A stretch of DNA of 63,974 bases, filler included, from Globobulimina sp. (GCA_003354225.1; 34 parts of 34 records of this genome joined end to end with filler, not necessarily neighbours in it); one strand, 5' to 3'; shown: positions 50,050 through 62,708, counted from the whole stretch's first letter. Numbers and translations: made by a program. The notes: generated from the sequence alone by a model not told the origin.

Positions 50050-50793
50050 ATGGCACAACTGGAAGGAACCTTGTATAATGGTGAAAACGAGTTTATTATT
50101 TGGTTGAGAAGTCATAATGTTAAACAAAAAATGATCGTCACTTTATCAAAAGAATTTGGATCAAAGTATGAGTAAAACATTTTATCAACAATTGATTAAA
50201 TTGATTAATACATACTGTAAATGTCTGTAATGGTATATACAGAGAGGAATTACGAGAAATCGATCTCGAAGATGGCTCTGTTGATGAGATAATAAATGAT
50301 TTGGGTTTTAAAAAGTCTTTAGAAAAACTCAAATTTAAATTTATTGTTAAAAAAGCTCAAGAGGATAATACGCACGTTTGTTTTTTTTGCATCAACAAAT
50401 ATTTATATAATCACTATCAAATCTATTATCAGAATGTGGTCGATAAAGAAGAACGTGATGCAGTCGTAAGTGTCGATAAAAAAGTAACAAAGATTAAAGC
50501 GTCAATACAAAGAGTGACAGACACACAAAATAGTTAATCATTATTCATTAATATGTTGATGTTTAAACATATCATAATAAATTATTTCAGATATTGATGA
50601 TGAGATAAAAAAAGAACAGTATTAATAGAGAAAACATTTGCTGATATCATCCAAGTAATTCATGAAAGAAAACAAATGTTGACCAAGGAATTAAATAAAA
50701 TAGGAAATGATAAAAAAAATGAATTGGGAAAAGAGAAACAAGTTTTAATTGAATATTTTCAAAATGCACAGAAAGTACGTACTGTAATTATTA
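50050..50793 (+). CDS. SAM-like + coiled-coil protein (several introns), 3' truncated
   Basis: MAQLEG..FIIWLRSHNV exon; short introns; heptad-rich final exon. Confidence 0.55.
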
Positions 50794-51290
50794 NNNNNNN
50801 NNNNNNNNNNNNNNNNNNNNNNNNNNNNNNNNNNNNNTTAATTAATTAANNNNNNNNNNNNNNNNNNNNNNNNNNNNNNNNNNNNNNNNNNNNAAACTTA
50901 CTGGACAACTCCAAAAGTTGAAGTCCGATCACCAAAATAAAAATTAGCTCAATAGTTGTGATTGTAGTGATTTGGGGTATAACAAACCTAACAAACCTAG
51001 CACCCAACAAACCTAGCAGCTGTTTCAAAATAATCAAAATATAGCAACACAATGACGGTGATATATAGCAACTTTCAAATAAAATTTGTTGATGGGAGAA
51101 AATAACGATCATTTTAATCGTATGATATTTCGACAGTTTTAAGACAATATTACGCTGAATCAATGATTCTGCAATATGCCATTTGTTTTGTACAATTTGT
51201 TGACCCTTTTGTGAACAAAAACGCAGGATTTTATATTGACAAATGACAATATTATTATATTTTAACACACGCACTGCAAATCAAATATTA

Positions 51291-52594
51291 TTATCTTCTC
51301 CAAGCAATTATATAAGCTCCAGAGTTTAATTTAAATCCGCATTCATACTTATCACTGTACCTACAGTATATATCATATTGCGATGACTTCCTCGTCGACC
51401 GTGCATAATGGCATCCAATGCCAAACTTTTTATCCAATTTATCCGCAATTGCATCCACCGAACCACTCTCATATTTAATTGATAATTTCCGCACATATTC
51501 TTCAAATTTCTTCTTTGCCACCACCGGCTTCTTGGCGCTCACATGTTTGCTCGCCCTGTAAACCAAGATATGTTTGCCCCAAATATTTGAGCGTGTCTTT
51601 ACATATAAACCTTTGACCCAATAACTGATCGTTGGCTGTTTATCTTTGTCCGCCACCATGCAAACACTGTCTGTGTCGTCAAATTGTTTATCAAAATACT
51701 TACATATTTTCTTTGCTATGTCATAGTTATCCAATATGTGCACATCGCTCTCGATCAAGTCCTCCAATGATACGGCTTTAAACTCAGACAATGTTAAACG
51801 TTTCTTATTTTTATGATGTTTGTGAATATGTTTCTTCTTTTTCTTAACCTTCAAATTATCCTCTTTCGCTTCGACAAATTGTTCTGTTTTTCCTTCGTCA
51901 CTTTCTTTATGTTCATCAATATTAATTATATGATTTGGTGCAGCATCGGCAATGATAGGTATTTGTAATTGCGGTGGCGAAAATTCTTTTTTTTCTTCAA
52001 TTGGTGGCGGAATGCTAATATTTTCATCATTTGCATCATTTTGCTCAGATTCATCTTCAGAAAATATGCTTTTTACGCCATAATCAGAACAGGTGGACGA
52101 GGAATATGTGCTGCTGTCATCATACGCTGTGTCCGCGGGAGAGCTCGCCGTTTTTATTTGAGAGATGATCTCAATTTCGGCGTTAAAAGTGAGTGATTTT
52201 ATATTTTCATGGTTGATTTGTTGCGTTAATAAGATTTTATTGGGCCAGCCGACGGTGCAATATTCATAATTTAATACAATTTTGCTGTTATAGCCGGTAT
52301 TTGTTTCATTGCACCACAACGTGTATAAAATATGAATGCTGTCAGTGTCAGTATCATTAACTGAGTCTGCGATGGGTGGAATAGCGCATAATAATAAATA
52401 TAACTTGGCATTGCCAGCGTCATTTGCTCGTTTCCCATTTGGTAAACATCGCAAACAAAATAAATTATCAAAGATTTCACTCTCAAATGCTTTGCAATAC
52501 GACAATTTTTAAATAATTTTATTAATTCTGCATCGATTTTACATTCAAAGGAATAGATTGATTTATGGTTATTGTTATTGTTATCGTCTGCCAC
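51291..52594 (-). CDS. MATH-domain protein with C-terminal dynein-light-chain-like repeats (frameshift about 52500)
   Basis: FCLRCLPNGK..KLYLLLCAIP..GWP; IAKKICKYFDKQF and IADKLDKKFGIGCH. Confidence 0.6.
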
Positions 52595-52776
52595 TTTATG
52601 TTTATATATGATGTCATTGGAATTACTAATGATTTTTAATATATTTATATGGCATCCAATTGTGATATTATTTAGANNNNNNNNNNNNNNNNNNNNNNNN
52701 NNNNNNNNNNNNNNNNNNNNTTAATTAATTAANNNNNNNNNNNNNNNNNNNNNNNNNNNNNNNNNNNNNNNNNNNN

Positions 52777-53100
52777 AAACGCCATAAAATATAATAAAAT
52801 AAATACTATATTTGATAAAGAGCGACTTCGTCGCTCGGCGCATAATATAATATAATAAGTTAGATATTCTATAAAGAGCGACTTCGTCGCTCGCCTATAA
52901 TATAATAAAATAAAACTCGGCGATCGCCATATAATAAAAATAAATTCTATACATTATATAAACGATATGAAGCGACTTCGTCGCTTGACATATAAACCAA
53001 ATAAAATAAATACTATATAAACGATAAAAGCGACTTCGTCGCTTGCCACATCGATATGGGAATAAGCGACTTCGTCGCTTGCCACGTAAACCAAATAAAT
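52777..53100. repeat. Diverged tandem array with five (G/A)AGCGACTTCGTCGCT(C/T) hairpins
   Basis: Hairpins at 52820, 52876, 52970, 53028 and 53064; palindrome GGCGATCGCC at 52919. Confidence 0.9.
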
Positions 53101-53261
53101 TAAATTGTTGGTTTGCATGCTACTTTGCGTCATGGTTTGAAGTTGGTTTGGATGGTTTGGGGTTTTCGAGCTGGAAAAATCCTTTTTAAATGGATGAAGA
53201 ACGTTTTTGGAGTTATTATTGGATTCATCAATGAAATATAAATCATAGGTAAAAATAAGCG

Positions 53262-53550
53262 ATCAATGATGGATTTTTTAGTAATTAGTATGTCAATAAT
53301 ATAACCTATATCCCTCGGCAACAAATTCATCAATGATCATCGATTGATAAAACAAATTGATGAATGTCATCAATTGATGAATGTCATCATCTCGGCCTGT
53401 CAATAGTGACTCGCTGCATATTGATGAATTTGTTGTATGATGGATGACATTCATCAATTTGTTTTATCAATGGATGATCATTGATGAATTTGTTACCTTG
53501 GGATGTTATATAATTGACATACTAATAACTAAAAAATCAATCCTATTGAT
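53262..53550. mobile_element. MITE-like element with imperfect inverted arms of about 110 bp
   Basis: 53262-53371 is the near reverse complement of 53443-53550. Confidence 0.75.
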
Positions 53551-54124
53551 GCGAACCCATAGCTGCGTGCCTGACCACTGTGACCAGCAATGTTTTATGT
53601 CGGGAATGATTTATAGAAAGCTTTCCCAGATAGAGGGTAATTTAGCATATAATTTGCAACAATCAGTACAAAAGTTTTTGCGGTGTTTAAAAATGGCATC
53701 AATTGTTTTGTTGTGTTTAGATGAAAACACCGTCGATGTATTTTTTAAAGCAGATATTCCTTTATCGTATTATTATTCTGGATGTAATGCTATGCATTTA
53801 AAACAATATCACATTGCAATAAAATTGCTAAAAAAAGCACATTGCATCACCACTGATATTCGGATAATTAGAAAGAACTATAAAACATTTATCAAACAAT
53901 GCAGAACAAAGTTACTGCGACAAAAGTGTAATTACTGTGGTGGCGCAAATAAGAAATTGAAAAGCTGTAAAGGATGTGGGGAAAGATTTTATTGCAGTAA
54001 ACATTGTCAAAAAATGGATTGGAAATTACAAAATCATAGAAAGAAGTGTTCTAAACTCTGGACAGATAATGGTGTATATTTTTTATTGGAGAAACAATGG
54101 TTTTACACGGAATGTCCTCTTTGA
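53551..54124 (+). CDS. TPR-like + MYND zinc-finger protein, 5' disrupted
   Basis: CNYC...CKGCGERFYCSKHCQKMDWKLQNHRKKC. Confidence 0.85.
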
Positions 54125-54659
54125 GCTGCTATTTTTTTGTTTGGTGGTTATATTCACTATTTTGATTTGCTATTTTTATGACTTATTTTGATGATTTGTG
54201 ACACCGAGTTTTTTGAAGTAGTCTTAACTTTCAATGTCGCAGATTGATAGATGTTCAATCTGTCTCCAATCACCACAGCAACCAATTTTGCAAACTCTAT
54301 GTCATCATGCATTTTGTGGTATGTTTGCATATAAAAAATAACATCTATGTCAGACGTACCATATTTTCAAATGCAGCAAAGTGTATTTGTCAATCATTGC
54401 TGGAATCAACAGCATCTATTTTCTGTCCCAATTGCCGTAAAATTCTCAAATCATTAACGCAAATAAAAATTGATTCAGCAACAAAACTAATTGTATGTCA
54501 ATCTTTTGATTCTATCTCAATAATCATGCATCTTTCAATTATTTTGTAACACAGCAATTNNNNNNNNNNNNNNNNNNNNNNNNNNNNNNNNNNNNNNNNN
54601 NNNTTAATTAATTAANNNNNNNNNNNNNNNNNNNNNNNNNNNNNNNNNNNNNNNNNNNN

Positions 54660-55030
54660 TCACCAATAGCTACGGTTACAATTCGCATTAATAAATCACT
54701 TAATATATTATTTGCAGGTAATATTTGCTCTAATTCTTGTGCAGAAATATTTCCGTCATGGTTTCTATCAACATCGGCTAATATACTCGCTAAGTCGTCA
54801 ATTGGTGGTATATTTTGTATTAATTCATTTAATGCATCCAATGGCATTTGGAATAGAGCCACAAGTGCTTGGCTTAAATTTAATTCTCTCATCATTTGCT
54901 TGAATTCAGATGGGTCGAGTACACCGTTGTTATTCTTATCAAAGGCTTCAAATAATGTCATTAATGGCGATGAGTAGTCGTCTGAATCAGTTGATTCACT
55001 TGATGCATTCACTGGCTTTTGTTGATTCAT
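54660..55030 (-). CDS. EF-hand calcium-binding protein, 3' truncated
   Basis: DKNNNGVLDPSE and DRNHDGNISAQE loops. Confidence 0.85.
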
Positions 55031-55094
55031 TGCTGCTTGTTTAGATTTTGCTGGCCGATCTCAAAACTCTCTGGTCAGGTAAGCTCGAACGACA

Positions 55095-56442
55095 ATGAAT
55101 GTCACCTTTAGATACATCCACCAATCAATTAACAAAACGTCTCGAATTCGAAGGTCGTCATGTCATCAAAACAAGTCCATCCTATCACACACATCGCATT
55201 TACCAGTCCCATACCATACATACAATCGTCATCTGCCTACAATCAATCCATTGCACAAACATAAATCAACTAAAATGCATAATTACAACAACCAGCTGAA
55301 TTTACTTTGCTTGAGCACTGCACGACCATTCACTACAAATAACCCCCCATCGAAGCCTCAATCCACTAAGCACAGCAACGACAACATCGACCCCAAACAA
55401 ACTAACGACATACCAACAACCACTGCGACCAAATCCGACGACAAAATAGATCGCAGAGTATATCCAATAGCTTTCTCCTCACTGCTGATGGGCATCGGAA
55501 TCGGTGTGATACTGCCCGTAATGCCTCAATTTGCAAACGAGATCGGTATCAACACCATGCAATACGGCTTAGTCATATCAGTAATGGGCATCACCAGATT
55601 GATCATGAACGTCCCAGCGGGTGTTTTAACCGATAAATTTGGCCGCAAATCGACCTTAGTGGGCGGCCCAGTTATTTCTGCTCTGGGCACAGTGATCATT
55701 GCTGTGGCCCATAACTTGAATGAAATGATAATCTCGAGATTCATCACCGGAGCCGGAGGCTCCTTACAAATGGCGGGAGCCCAGGCGTACTTATCTGACA
55801 TCTCAACCATCAAAAATCGAGCACGCACCATGGCGCCATTGATGATTGGGTTCAGTGCCGGTGCCTCGCTCGGACCATTTATCGGAGGCTTTCTCTGCGA
55901 TTACTACGATTCTGTTCGAATACCTTTCGTGTTCGTGGCGTGTGCCATTGGTGCCGTGGCGTTGAATAATATGATAATGTTACCAGAAACACTGAAAAAA
56001 GAAGACCGCAAAAAGAAATCTGACGTGCGCGTCAAGCAAATGTTGCTCAAAATGTACTCGGAGTGGAAACATCTGAGCAGGAATGTGTCGAATATGAGTG
56101 GCGTTGCGGTGCACAGTGCGTTCTGGTTCGCCCAGGCGGGCGCTACGTTTACTTTGATGCCGCTGTTTGCTACCAATGAATTAGGTATTTATATGTTTGA
56201 TTTATGTGGATTGACTGTGAGACAATGGTTACTGTTCAGGTGTGACTGCGACACAAATTGGGAGCATATTTGCCATGATGAGTATTGTGAATATTTGTGG
56301 AGCACAGTTTTTTGCAAAGATTAGCGATAAGTTTGGCAGGAAAAAAGTTATCGTGCCGGCGATATGCATAATTTCATGCATTTTGCCATTGATACCGCAC
56401 GTTGCGGGTATCAATGAATTGCCTTTCTTAATGTTTGCGTAC
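55095..56442 (+). CDS. MFS transporter (DHA1-like) with a long N-terminal extension, intron about 56185-56239
   Basis: GVLTDKFGRK motif A, SRFITGAG, SLGPFIGG, ISDKFGRKK. Confidence 0.92.
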
Positions 56443-56678
56443 NNNNNNNNNNNNNNNNNNNNNNNNNNNNNNNNNNNNNNNNNNNNTTAATTAATTAANN
56501 NNNNNNNNNNNNNNNNNNNNNNNNNNNNNNNNNNNNNNNNNNTACCCCACAAAGGTACTTATTTCCATTCCATATGCATTTAAATCATGTTTAACATTCA
56601 TTTTTAACATTGCTAAGCCGAAGAAAGAACATTCGTACCATCGCAGACGTGCCGATATCTCAATGCAAACACAAACAT

Positions 56679-58208
56679 ATGAAACCACGATCTTTCAGTA
56701 ACAAACTAAAACTAAAACCCACCAACTCAAATAGCAAAAAGCAATCGATATGTTGCATTTGTTTGGAGAGCATGACCTCCTCCGATGCAGCCTCACTCGA
56801 TTCATGCCGCCATTTGTTCCATCGCGACTGCATAATGTCATGGTCCTCTATAGAGAATGCCTGCCCTTTATGCAAAACAAGATTTATGTCTGTGACAGAC
56901 CTATCAAATAACCATAAAATATCTGTGCAGAAGAAAGAGCAAACCGCTGCCTACCACATCGAACTGGGTAATATCATTTGGTTGGATTGTGTTTGCACGT
57001 TTTGTGGCGCCGACGATAACGAACATTTATTATTATTATGCGACGGATGCGATGATGCGGCACATACATATTGTATGGGAATGGGCGACATTATACCGGA
57101 CGGAGACTATTATTGTGAAGCATGCAATCACAAATATGCCGATTACATCAACCTTACCGGCAATAACCACGCGATTAATGAGAACATACAGGCTGATAAT
57201 GGTAACAATGTAGCATCGATACCGGAAATAAATAATAAAAACGATTCTGATGAAGAATATGTGCCGTCACCGGCCCCACAGCGGAGGAGGAAGAGAAAAA
57301 GAAAACGGACCCGAGAGAGATGTGTAAATTATGCAAGTGGCGGCGATGACGAATATATTCCCAATAATCGACGTAATATGAATGTGGATCGAATTGCAAA
57401 GAAAGCCACGCGTCGCAGTCAAAGAATACGTAATATTGAAATGTGTAATGATAATAACAGTGAATTGCAAGAGAACTGTGATGAACGTGCACGGTCCGCG
57501 AGTCCATTGGATAGGAAAAGGATAAAAGCAACATCGACGTTGGGCGCCTTGATTGGTTTGCCATTGTCACAAAATAATAATAAGAAAGGTTCACGGACAC
57601 AGCGAATGGTTGTGATTGATCAAAATAATAATAAACACTTTCTAGGATTTAAAAAAAGTAATGGCGACAAACAGAGATTTAACAGTTTAGCAAATTTATT
57701 TAATCAGAATGCAAATAATGGCCATGGCTCAGATAACGATGGTTCTCTGTCATCCGGATCCATGTCAAACAAATCCATATTATCGCAACGTAGTTTATGT
57801 GATAGGGGCGACATCGATGAAATAAGCACCGGATCGGAGTATACACCGAGTGATTTTGAATCGGGTTTGTCTGACAACTATGATATGGCGCGTTTGAGCG
57901 CAGTGACAATAAAAAGGAACAGAAGGAATGGAAGGAATTGTAAGAAAAAAAAGAAATGCGCAAAAGTGAGGAGATCGCAAAGGCTACGAAAGCAGAAACT
58001 AGCTCCGCTGGCTGATAATGAGGATGAAGAATGTGAAGATGATATAGTTAAATATAAAAAAAATAATCGAAATTATCGGAAACGGAGTTACAAAGAGATT
58101 GATGATGTCCAATTGCAACATATTGATATTCATAAAAACAAACGAATGAAATACAATGATTCGAGTAATTTGAGATTGCGTAGATATTCTTCTTTGAGTC
58201 AACTGTGA
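56679..58208 (+). CDS. RING + PHD finger protein (PHRF1-like)
   Basis: CCICL..CRHLFHRDCIMSW...CPLCK; CTFC..LLLLCDGCDDAAHTYC...YCEAC. Confidence 0.9.
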   Translation: MKPRSFSNKLKLKPTNSNSKKQSICCICLESMTSSDAASLDSCRHLFHRDCIMSWSSIENACPLCKTRFMSVTDLSNNHKISVQKKEQTAAYHIELGNIIWLDCVCTFCGADDNEHLLLLCDGCDDAAHTYCMGMGDIIPDGDYYCEACNHKYADYINLTGNNHAINENIQADNGNNVASIPEINNKNDSDEEYVPSPAPQRRRKRKRKRTRERCVNYASGGDDEYIPNNRRNMNVDRIAKKATRRSQRIRNIEMCNDNNSELQENCDERARSASPLDRKRIKATSTLGALIGLPLSQNNNKKGSRTQRMVVIDQNNNKHFLGFKKSNGDKQRFNSLANLFNQNANNGHGSDNDGSLSSGSMSNKSILSQRSLCDRGDIDEISTGSEYTPSDFESGLSDNYDMARLSAVTIKRNRRNGRNCKKKKKCAKVRRSQRLRKQKLAPLADNEDEECEDDIVKYKKNNRNYRKRSYKEIDDVQLQHIDIHKNKRMKYNDSSNLRLRRYSSLSQL

Positions 58209-58450
58209 TATGGCTTATATACTGTGACATTGTGAAACGATTTTATTTAAAAGTGTTAAACTCAAGTTCATGCAAGAAATGAGTTTTTCAAATATTTTTT
58301 ATTTTTATTTTACTGGCGTTTTTGTNNNNNNNNNNNNNNNNNNNNNNNNNNNNNNNNNNNNNNNNNNNNTTAATTAATTAANNNNNNNNNNNNNNNNNNN
58401 NNNNNNNNNNNNNNNNNNNNNNNNNTATTTTAAATAGTTAATTTTGAAGC

Positions 58451-59790
58451 ATGTTGAAACATGGCACCGAGTGCAAAATTCATTCATATGGGAGTACTAT
58501 GATAAAGCAAACTAATCCAAATGTAAAGAAAACTAATATATGGACTGGACAGTCTTCCATATTTAATGTGATAATAAATATGGTAAACGGAGTTATGATG
58601 GCAGTATTGGTAGGTTTGCCGTACATATTCCATTCTGGATTTATTGCCTCTATTATTATGATCCTCCTTTTTGCATTCATATCTGTCTATTCTTTGCAAT
58701 TATTAATTATTTCAGCAAAAATATGTAATGTATACAATTATGAAGATCTATCTGAACATTGTTTTGGTTTTTGTGGGTATATTGCGGTGAGTTTGTCCTT
58801 ATTTCTGTTGGATTTTGGTATATGTTTATCCAATTTAATTATTTTGAAAGATTGCATATCACAACTTTCAGCAATTTGGGATTATGAGCATGATTCATTT
58901 ATTCTATTTATCATTTCATTGTTTATTATATTTCCCTCGTGTTTACCAAAAGATATTTCCAAAATAGAAACAATCTCCAAATTCAGCATAATTTCGTCCA
59001 TTTTTATAATGTGTATTGTCACAGAGCAATGGATACAAAAATCGAAATGCCAACGTTCCATTTATGTTGCTCCGAATATACATTTATTCATTCATTTCCA
59101 AGCAATCCCGCAATCTTTAGGAATCACTGCATTTTTAGTTGAGTGTTTCTCACTTTTCCTTAACGTTTCTGTCAAGTTACATATGTATAGTTTGTGTGTC
59201 AAGATTGTTCCTTTTTAATTTATAACACACTGGAAAATCCAACTGCATTCCGTTGGAGAATCGTAGCAGTCTCAGCATGTTTTATTACTGCTATGATATT
59301 TATTGTATGTGGAATATTTGGATATTTATTATTTGGAAACAAATTGAAAAGCAATATATTAAATAATTTTGAGACAAACGATCTGCTGATAATTATTGGT
59401 CGGATTATTTATGGCTTAACCGCAGCCCTTACATATCCAATCTCATTTTTTGTAGTGCGACATGTGTGTTATGCGATGGTTCATCGTAAACAAAACAAAA
59501 AAATAAACCAAGCTCCATTCAAAACAACCTTATTATATACAATTCCTATATTTGCAGTTTGTCTGTCATTAGGAATTTACTTGGATGATTTAGGAATCGT
59601 TATGAGTTTATCAGGATCTATTCCGTCTGTTATAATTTCATTTATTATGCCTTCATTGTGCTATTTGAAAGTCATTACAGGAAAATGCATGCAGTTCAAC
59701 CAGCAGACTCTTCCTCCACTACTTCTGCTTATCTGTGGTATATTTATTGGGATCTCTAGTACAGTTATCACACTCGTTCAACAATCATAA
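58451..59790 (+). CDS. Amino-acid transporter (Aa_trans, SLC38-like), one intron
   Basis: About 11 TM; GLPY, AFL|FVCQDCSFLIYNTL, GYLLFG..NILNNF, LTYPISFF. Confidence 0.88.
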
Positions 59791-59937
59791 CTACTATGTG
59801 TTATTTTCACTACTATTTGAGCAATCAGTGGTTTTTTTCGGAGGGACAAAGGTGTGCATAACGGTAATGTCATTACCATGCAATTTTAGAACTAAGTCAG
59901 AGAAACAAAAACAACAAACTTTTTTGGGCAAATTATA

Positions 59938-60134
59938 AGGCTCTTCAAACAAAAATTAAAAATATCTTTTTTATTTTAATTTGTTGAATATACGATGTTA
60001 TAGATAATTTGAATTCAGATTGCAACACAAATTGCAGATTTAAAACAACCTATTTATATCAGTTTGCAATCCGAATTTACAACATCTACATTCAACAAAA
60101 ATAATAAAAAAACATTATTTGGTTTGAAAAGCCT
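59938..60134. repeat. Degenerate foldback (palindromic) element of about 200 bp
   Basis: Paired blocks AGGCTCTTCAAAC/GTTTGAAAAGCCT, TTTGTTGAAT/ATTCAACAAA and GATTGCAA/TTGCAATC. Confidence 0.65.
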
Positions 60135-60308
60135 CAATTTTGGTGTCAATTTTTTGTGTTAACTGTTTAATAATATCATGTTAACTGTTTCCGATATTTA
60201 TCGTTATANNNNNNNNNNNNNNNNNNNNNNNNNNNNNNNNNNNNNNNNNNNNTTAATTAATTAANNNNNNNNNNNNNNNNNNNNNNNNNNNNNNNNNNNN
60301 NNNNNNNN

Positions 60309-60450
60309 CGCCAAACGGTATTTTGTAGCCAGTCTCGCCGGGCACCCTCAAATTCCTTAATATCGCATCAGACTGTAAGTTGACTGCGGAACCAATGATA
60401 AACAGCAAAATCCCAAACATAAAATGAAAACTTGTAATATTTGTGATTTT
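60309..60450 (-). CDS. Steroid 5-alpha-reductase-family fragment
   Basis: FMFGILLFIIGSAVNLQSDAILRNLRVPGETGYKIPFG. Confidence 0.8.
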
Positions 60451-60981
60451 GCATTGTTTACAAAGCCCCACAATATGGAATTTGTGTCGTTTAAATATTT
60501 TATTGTAAACTGTTTAACGCGTTGAATATTGTCAGATTTTAGTACATCTAAAACCGTTGCTGTGGATCCATTTTTTGTGTAAGCTGTATTGGATAAAAAT
60601 TGCTCAACAGATTGCTTTTTTAAACATGTCGCAATGACTTTATATCCTAATTTTATACTTAATTTTAAAGCAGTCGCGTTGCCGAATATCTTCTTTTTGA
60701 GTAAATAATTTCTGTGAACGCTTCCATTTTTTATATAGTCTGCTTAAAATCCAGACGCTTGCTACACTGAATGCTACTTTTTTGGCTCGTGGATTGTGTT
60801 TGTATAATGCATGAATGTGCTGCATGGTTGGCTCTTAGCACCCGAGTTAAGTATAGTAAAAAACATTATTATCACTCACCCTTATTTTTTAATTGCGATA
60901 TCGTCGACAACACGCAGTCATAATCAAAGATACGTGACTTTATACAGATAAATCTAATCATAGCACATTTTATGCAGCATT

Positions 60982-61938
60982 ATGATGTATGGGTCACTCG
61001 GAAACAGTAAAACAGGAATTTGTCGACAAAATAGATCCATTCGAGGTAGAAGAAGTGTACGGGGCAGAGGAGGCGTGACAGTTTCAGCAAAACAACAATT
61101 TATTGATGCAAAAAAACGTCTTCGTAAAGTAAATCATCCAACAATTCATAATCAACACAAGCAATATCGACAAACATTTGAATTTGCCAAATCAAATCAA
61201 AATTGTACGCAAAATGCAATTAACAAACAATTAAAAACATACATTAAACAATATAAAAAAACTAATGCATTGATTCGATGTGAGATTGCTTGTCATCGGT
61301 TGCAACATTCAGAAAAAGGAGATTTTTATGTTGAATTCTTTGAAAATGACAATTCTGAATCCTTTTGCCGGAAAGATATCTGTGTTAAAAATTGGTTTGA
61401 TACAAACGATGATTTGGATGAAAAAAGGGAACCAAAGGACAGGTTGAGAGCCATAGCAATTATTGGTTTTGATAAACATGAAACTTTTGTGGAAGTATAT
61501 TCAGATTACATTAAAAGTACAATTCAAATTAATACGAAATACATTGATTACTCACAGTTTAAACAATTATATCAAAAACATAAAACCGAAAATATGACAG
61601 AATTCGATTTGAAAAACATATGGTTCCAAATTATTGATAACAAAAATGAAAGCGGAGAAATTACAAAACAACAGTGGACAAAATATGAGAAAACGCACCT
61701 TAAGCAAACATGTCTTAATATACTAAATTCAAATACGTTCTCGTTAGCGAATAACTCACCGAAAATCAAAAAACTTAAGTTTACTGAATTTAAAAAACTT
61801 TACTACAAACAGGCGATTGGAAAGAATGCCAAAAACCTGTTTGCATTAAGAAAATATTGGAGAGAAAATTTTAACGAAAATCAAACCAGCACAATTACAT
61901 GGGATCAATGGCTACAGTTTGCAGAGGTTTGTGCATGA
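60982..61938 (+). CDS. Unknown protein with degenerate EF-hand-like motifs
   Basis: 318-aa ORF; DNKNESGEITKQQW and NENQTSTITWDQW. Confidence 0.55.
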   Translation: MMYGSLGNSKTGICRQNRSIRGRRSVRGRGGVTVSAKQQFIDAKKRLRKVNHPTIHNQHKQYRQTFEFAKSNQNCTQNAINKQLKTYIKQYKKTNALIRCEIACHRLQHSEKGDFYVEFFENDNSESFCRKDICVKNWFDTNDDLDEKREPKDRLRAIAIIGFDKHETFVEVYSDYIKSTIQINTKYIDYSQFKQLYQKHKTENMTEFDLKNIWFQIIDNKNESGEITKQQWTKYEKTHLKQTCLNILNSNTFSLANNSPKIKKLKFTEFKKLYYKQAIGKNAKNLFALRKYWRENFNENQTSTITWDQWLQFAEVCA

Positions 61939-62191
61939 ATTCATTTGTTGTCTTACTTTAATTTCCATAAAATATTGTATACTATCAACAAACAGAAAGA
62001 ATTCAATTCTTCACAACTAGAAACAGCCAAAGATAAATCTGATAATGATACACAACATCGGCAGCAAGCAAAATAATATCAATATGAGGTGNNNNNNNNN
62101 NNNNNNNNNNNNNNNNNNNNNNNNNNNNNNNNNNNTTAATTAATTAANNNNNNNNNNNNNNNNNNNNNNNNNNNNNNNNNNNNNNNNNNNN

Positions 62192-62708
62192 TTGAATACA
62201 ACCTTTAATATCAAACAGTACAGATTTTAATTAATATATATATATATAACAGGAAACAATTTAAACCTTGTTCTAAACGTAAATCTGTAATTTTATCCAA
62301 AGGGACAGATTTTGTTTTTTCATTCCAGCAGCAACAGCAACATCCATAATAACCTTCTTTTAATACTAATTTGTTGCCAGTAACAGCTGCTAAACGTGAT
62401 TGTGCCCAAACTTTGGTATTACTCCAAATGCACGGAAATGTTAATAAAAATACAGGAAAGCCATAAACTGTGCTTAGCATAATAATAAATACTTTACAAA
62501 AACAATATTTTGCTGTTTTTTCATTATCAAAGTCAATTTTCATATGATTTGTATCTTCTTCTAAGCCTAATTCTTGTAAGTCGACTGCCAACAACTGATC
62601 ACCTTCTCCAAATGTATCATACTGTGCTTCAACCTGAAGAGGTAACTTTTGTGACATGGTGATGGCGACTGTTTGGTTGGAGATTAATTTTTCTTTTAAG
62701 TCCGCCAT
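62192..62708 (-). CDS. Membrane protein with a bacterial-type PH (bPH_2-like) domain, 3' truncated
   Basis: TM hairpin, then LVLKEG...EKTKSVPLDKITDLRLEQG. Confidence 0.6.

Noticed and set aside
52777..53100. CRISPR array
   Set aside because: Repeats are only 17 nt, spacers resemble each other and vary irregularly, and there are no cas genes or leader
60309..60825. Long fusion protein ending in a 5-alpha-reductase segment
   Set aside because: In-frame TAA at 60640 and upstream sequence unrelated to the reductase family; probably chimeric or decayed
1787..62191. Regularly spaced TTAATTAATTAA palindromes
   Set aside because: Synthetic six-frame-stop linkers inside N gaps, not biological; ORFs ending in XXX-LIN are artefacts
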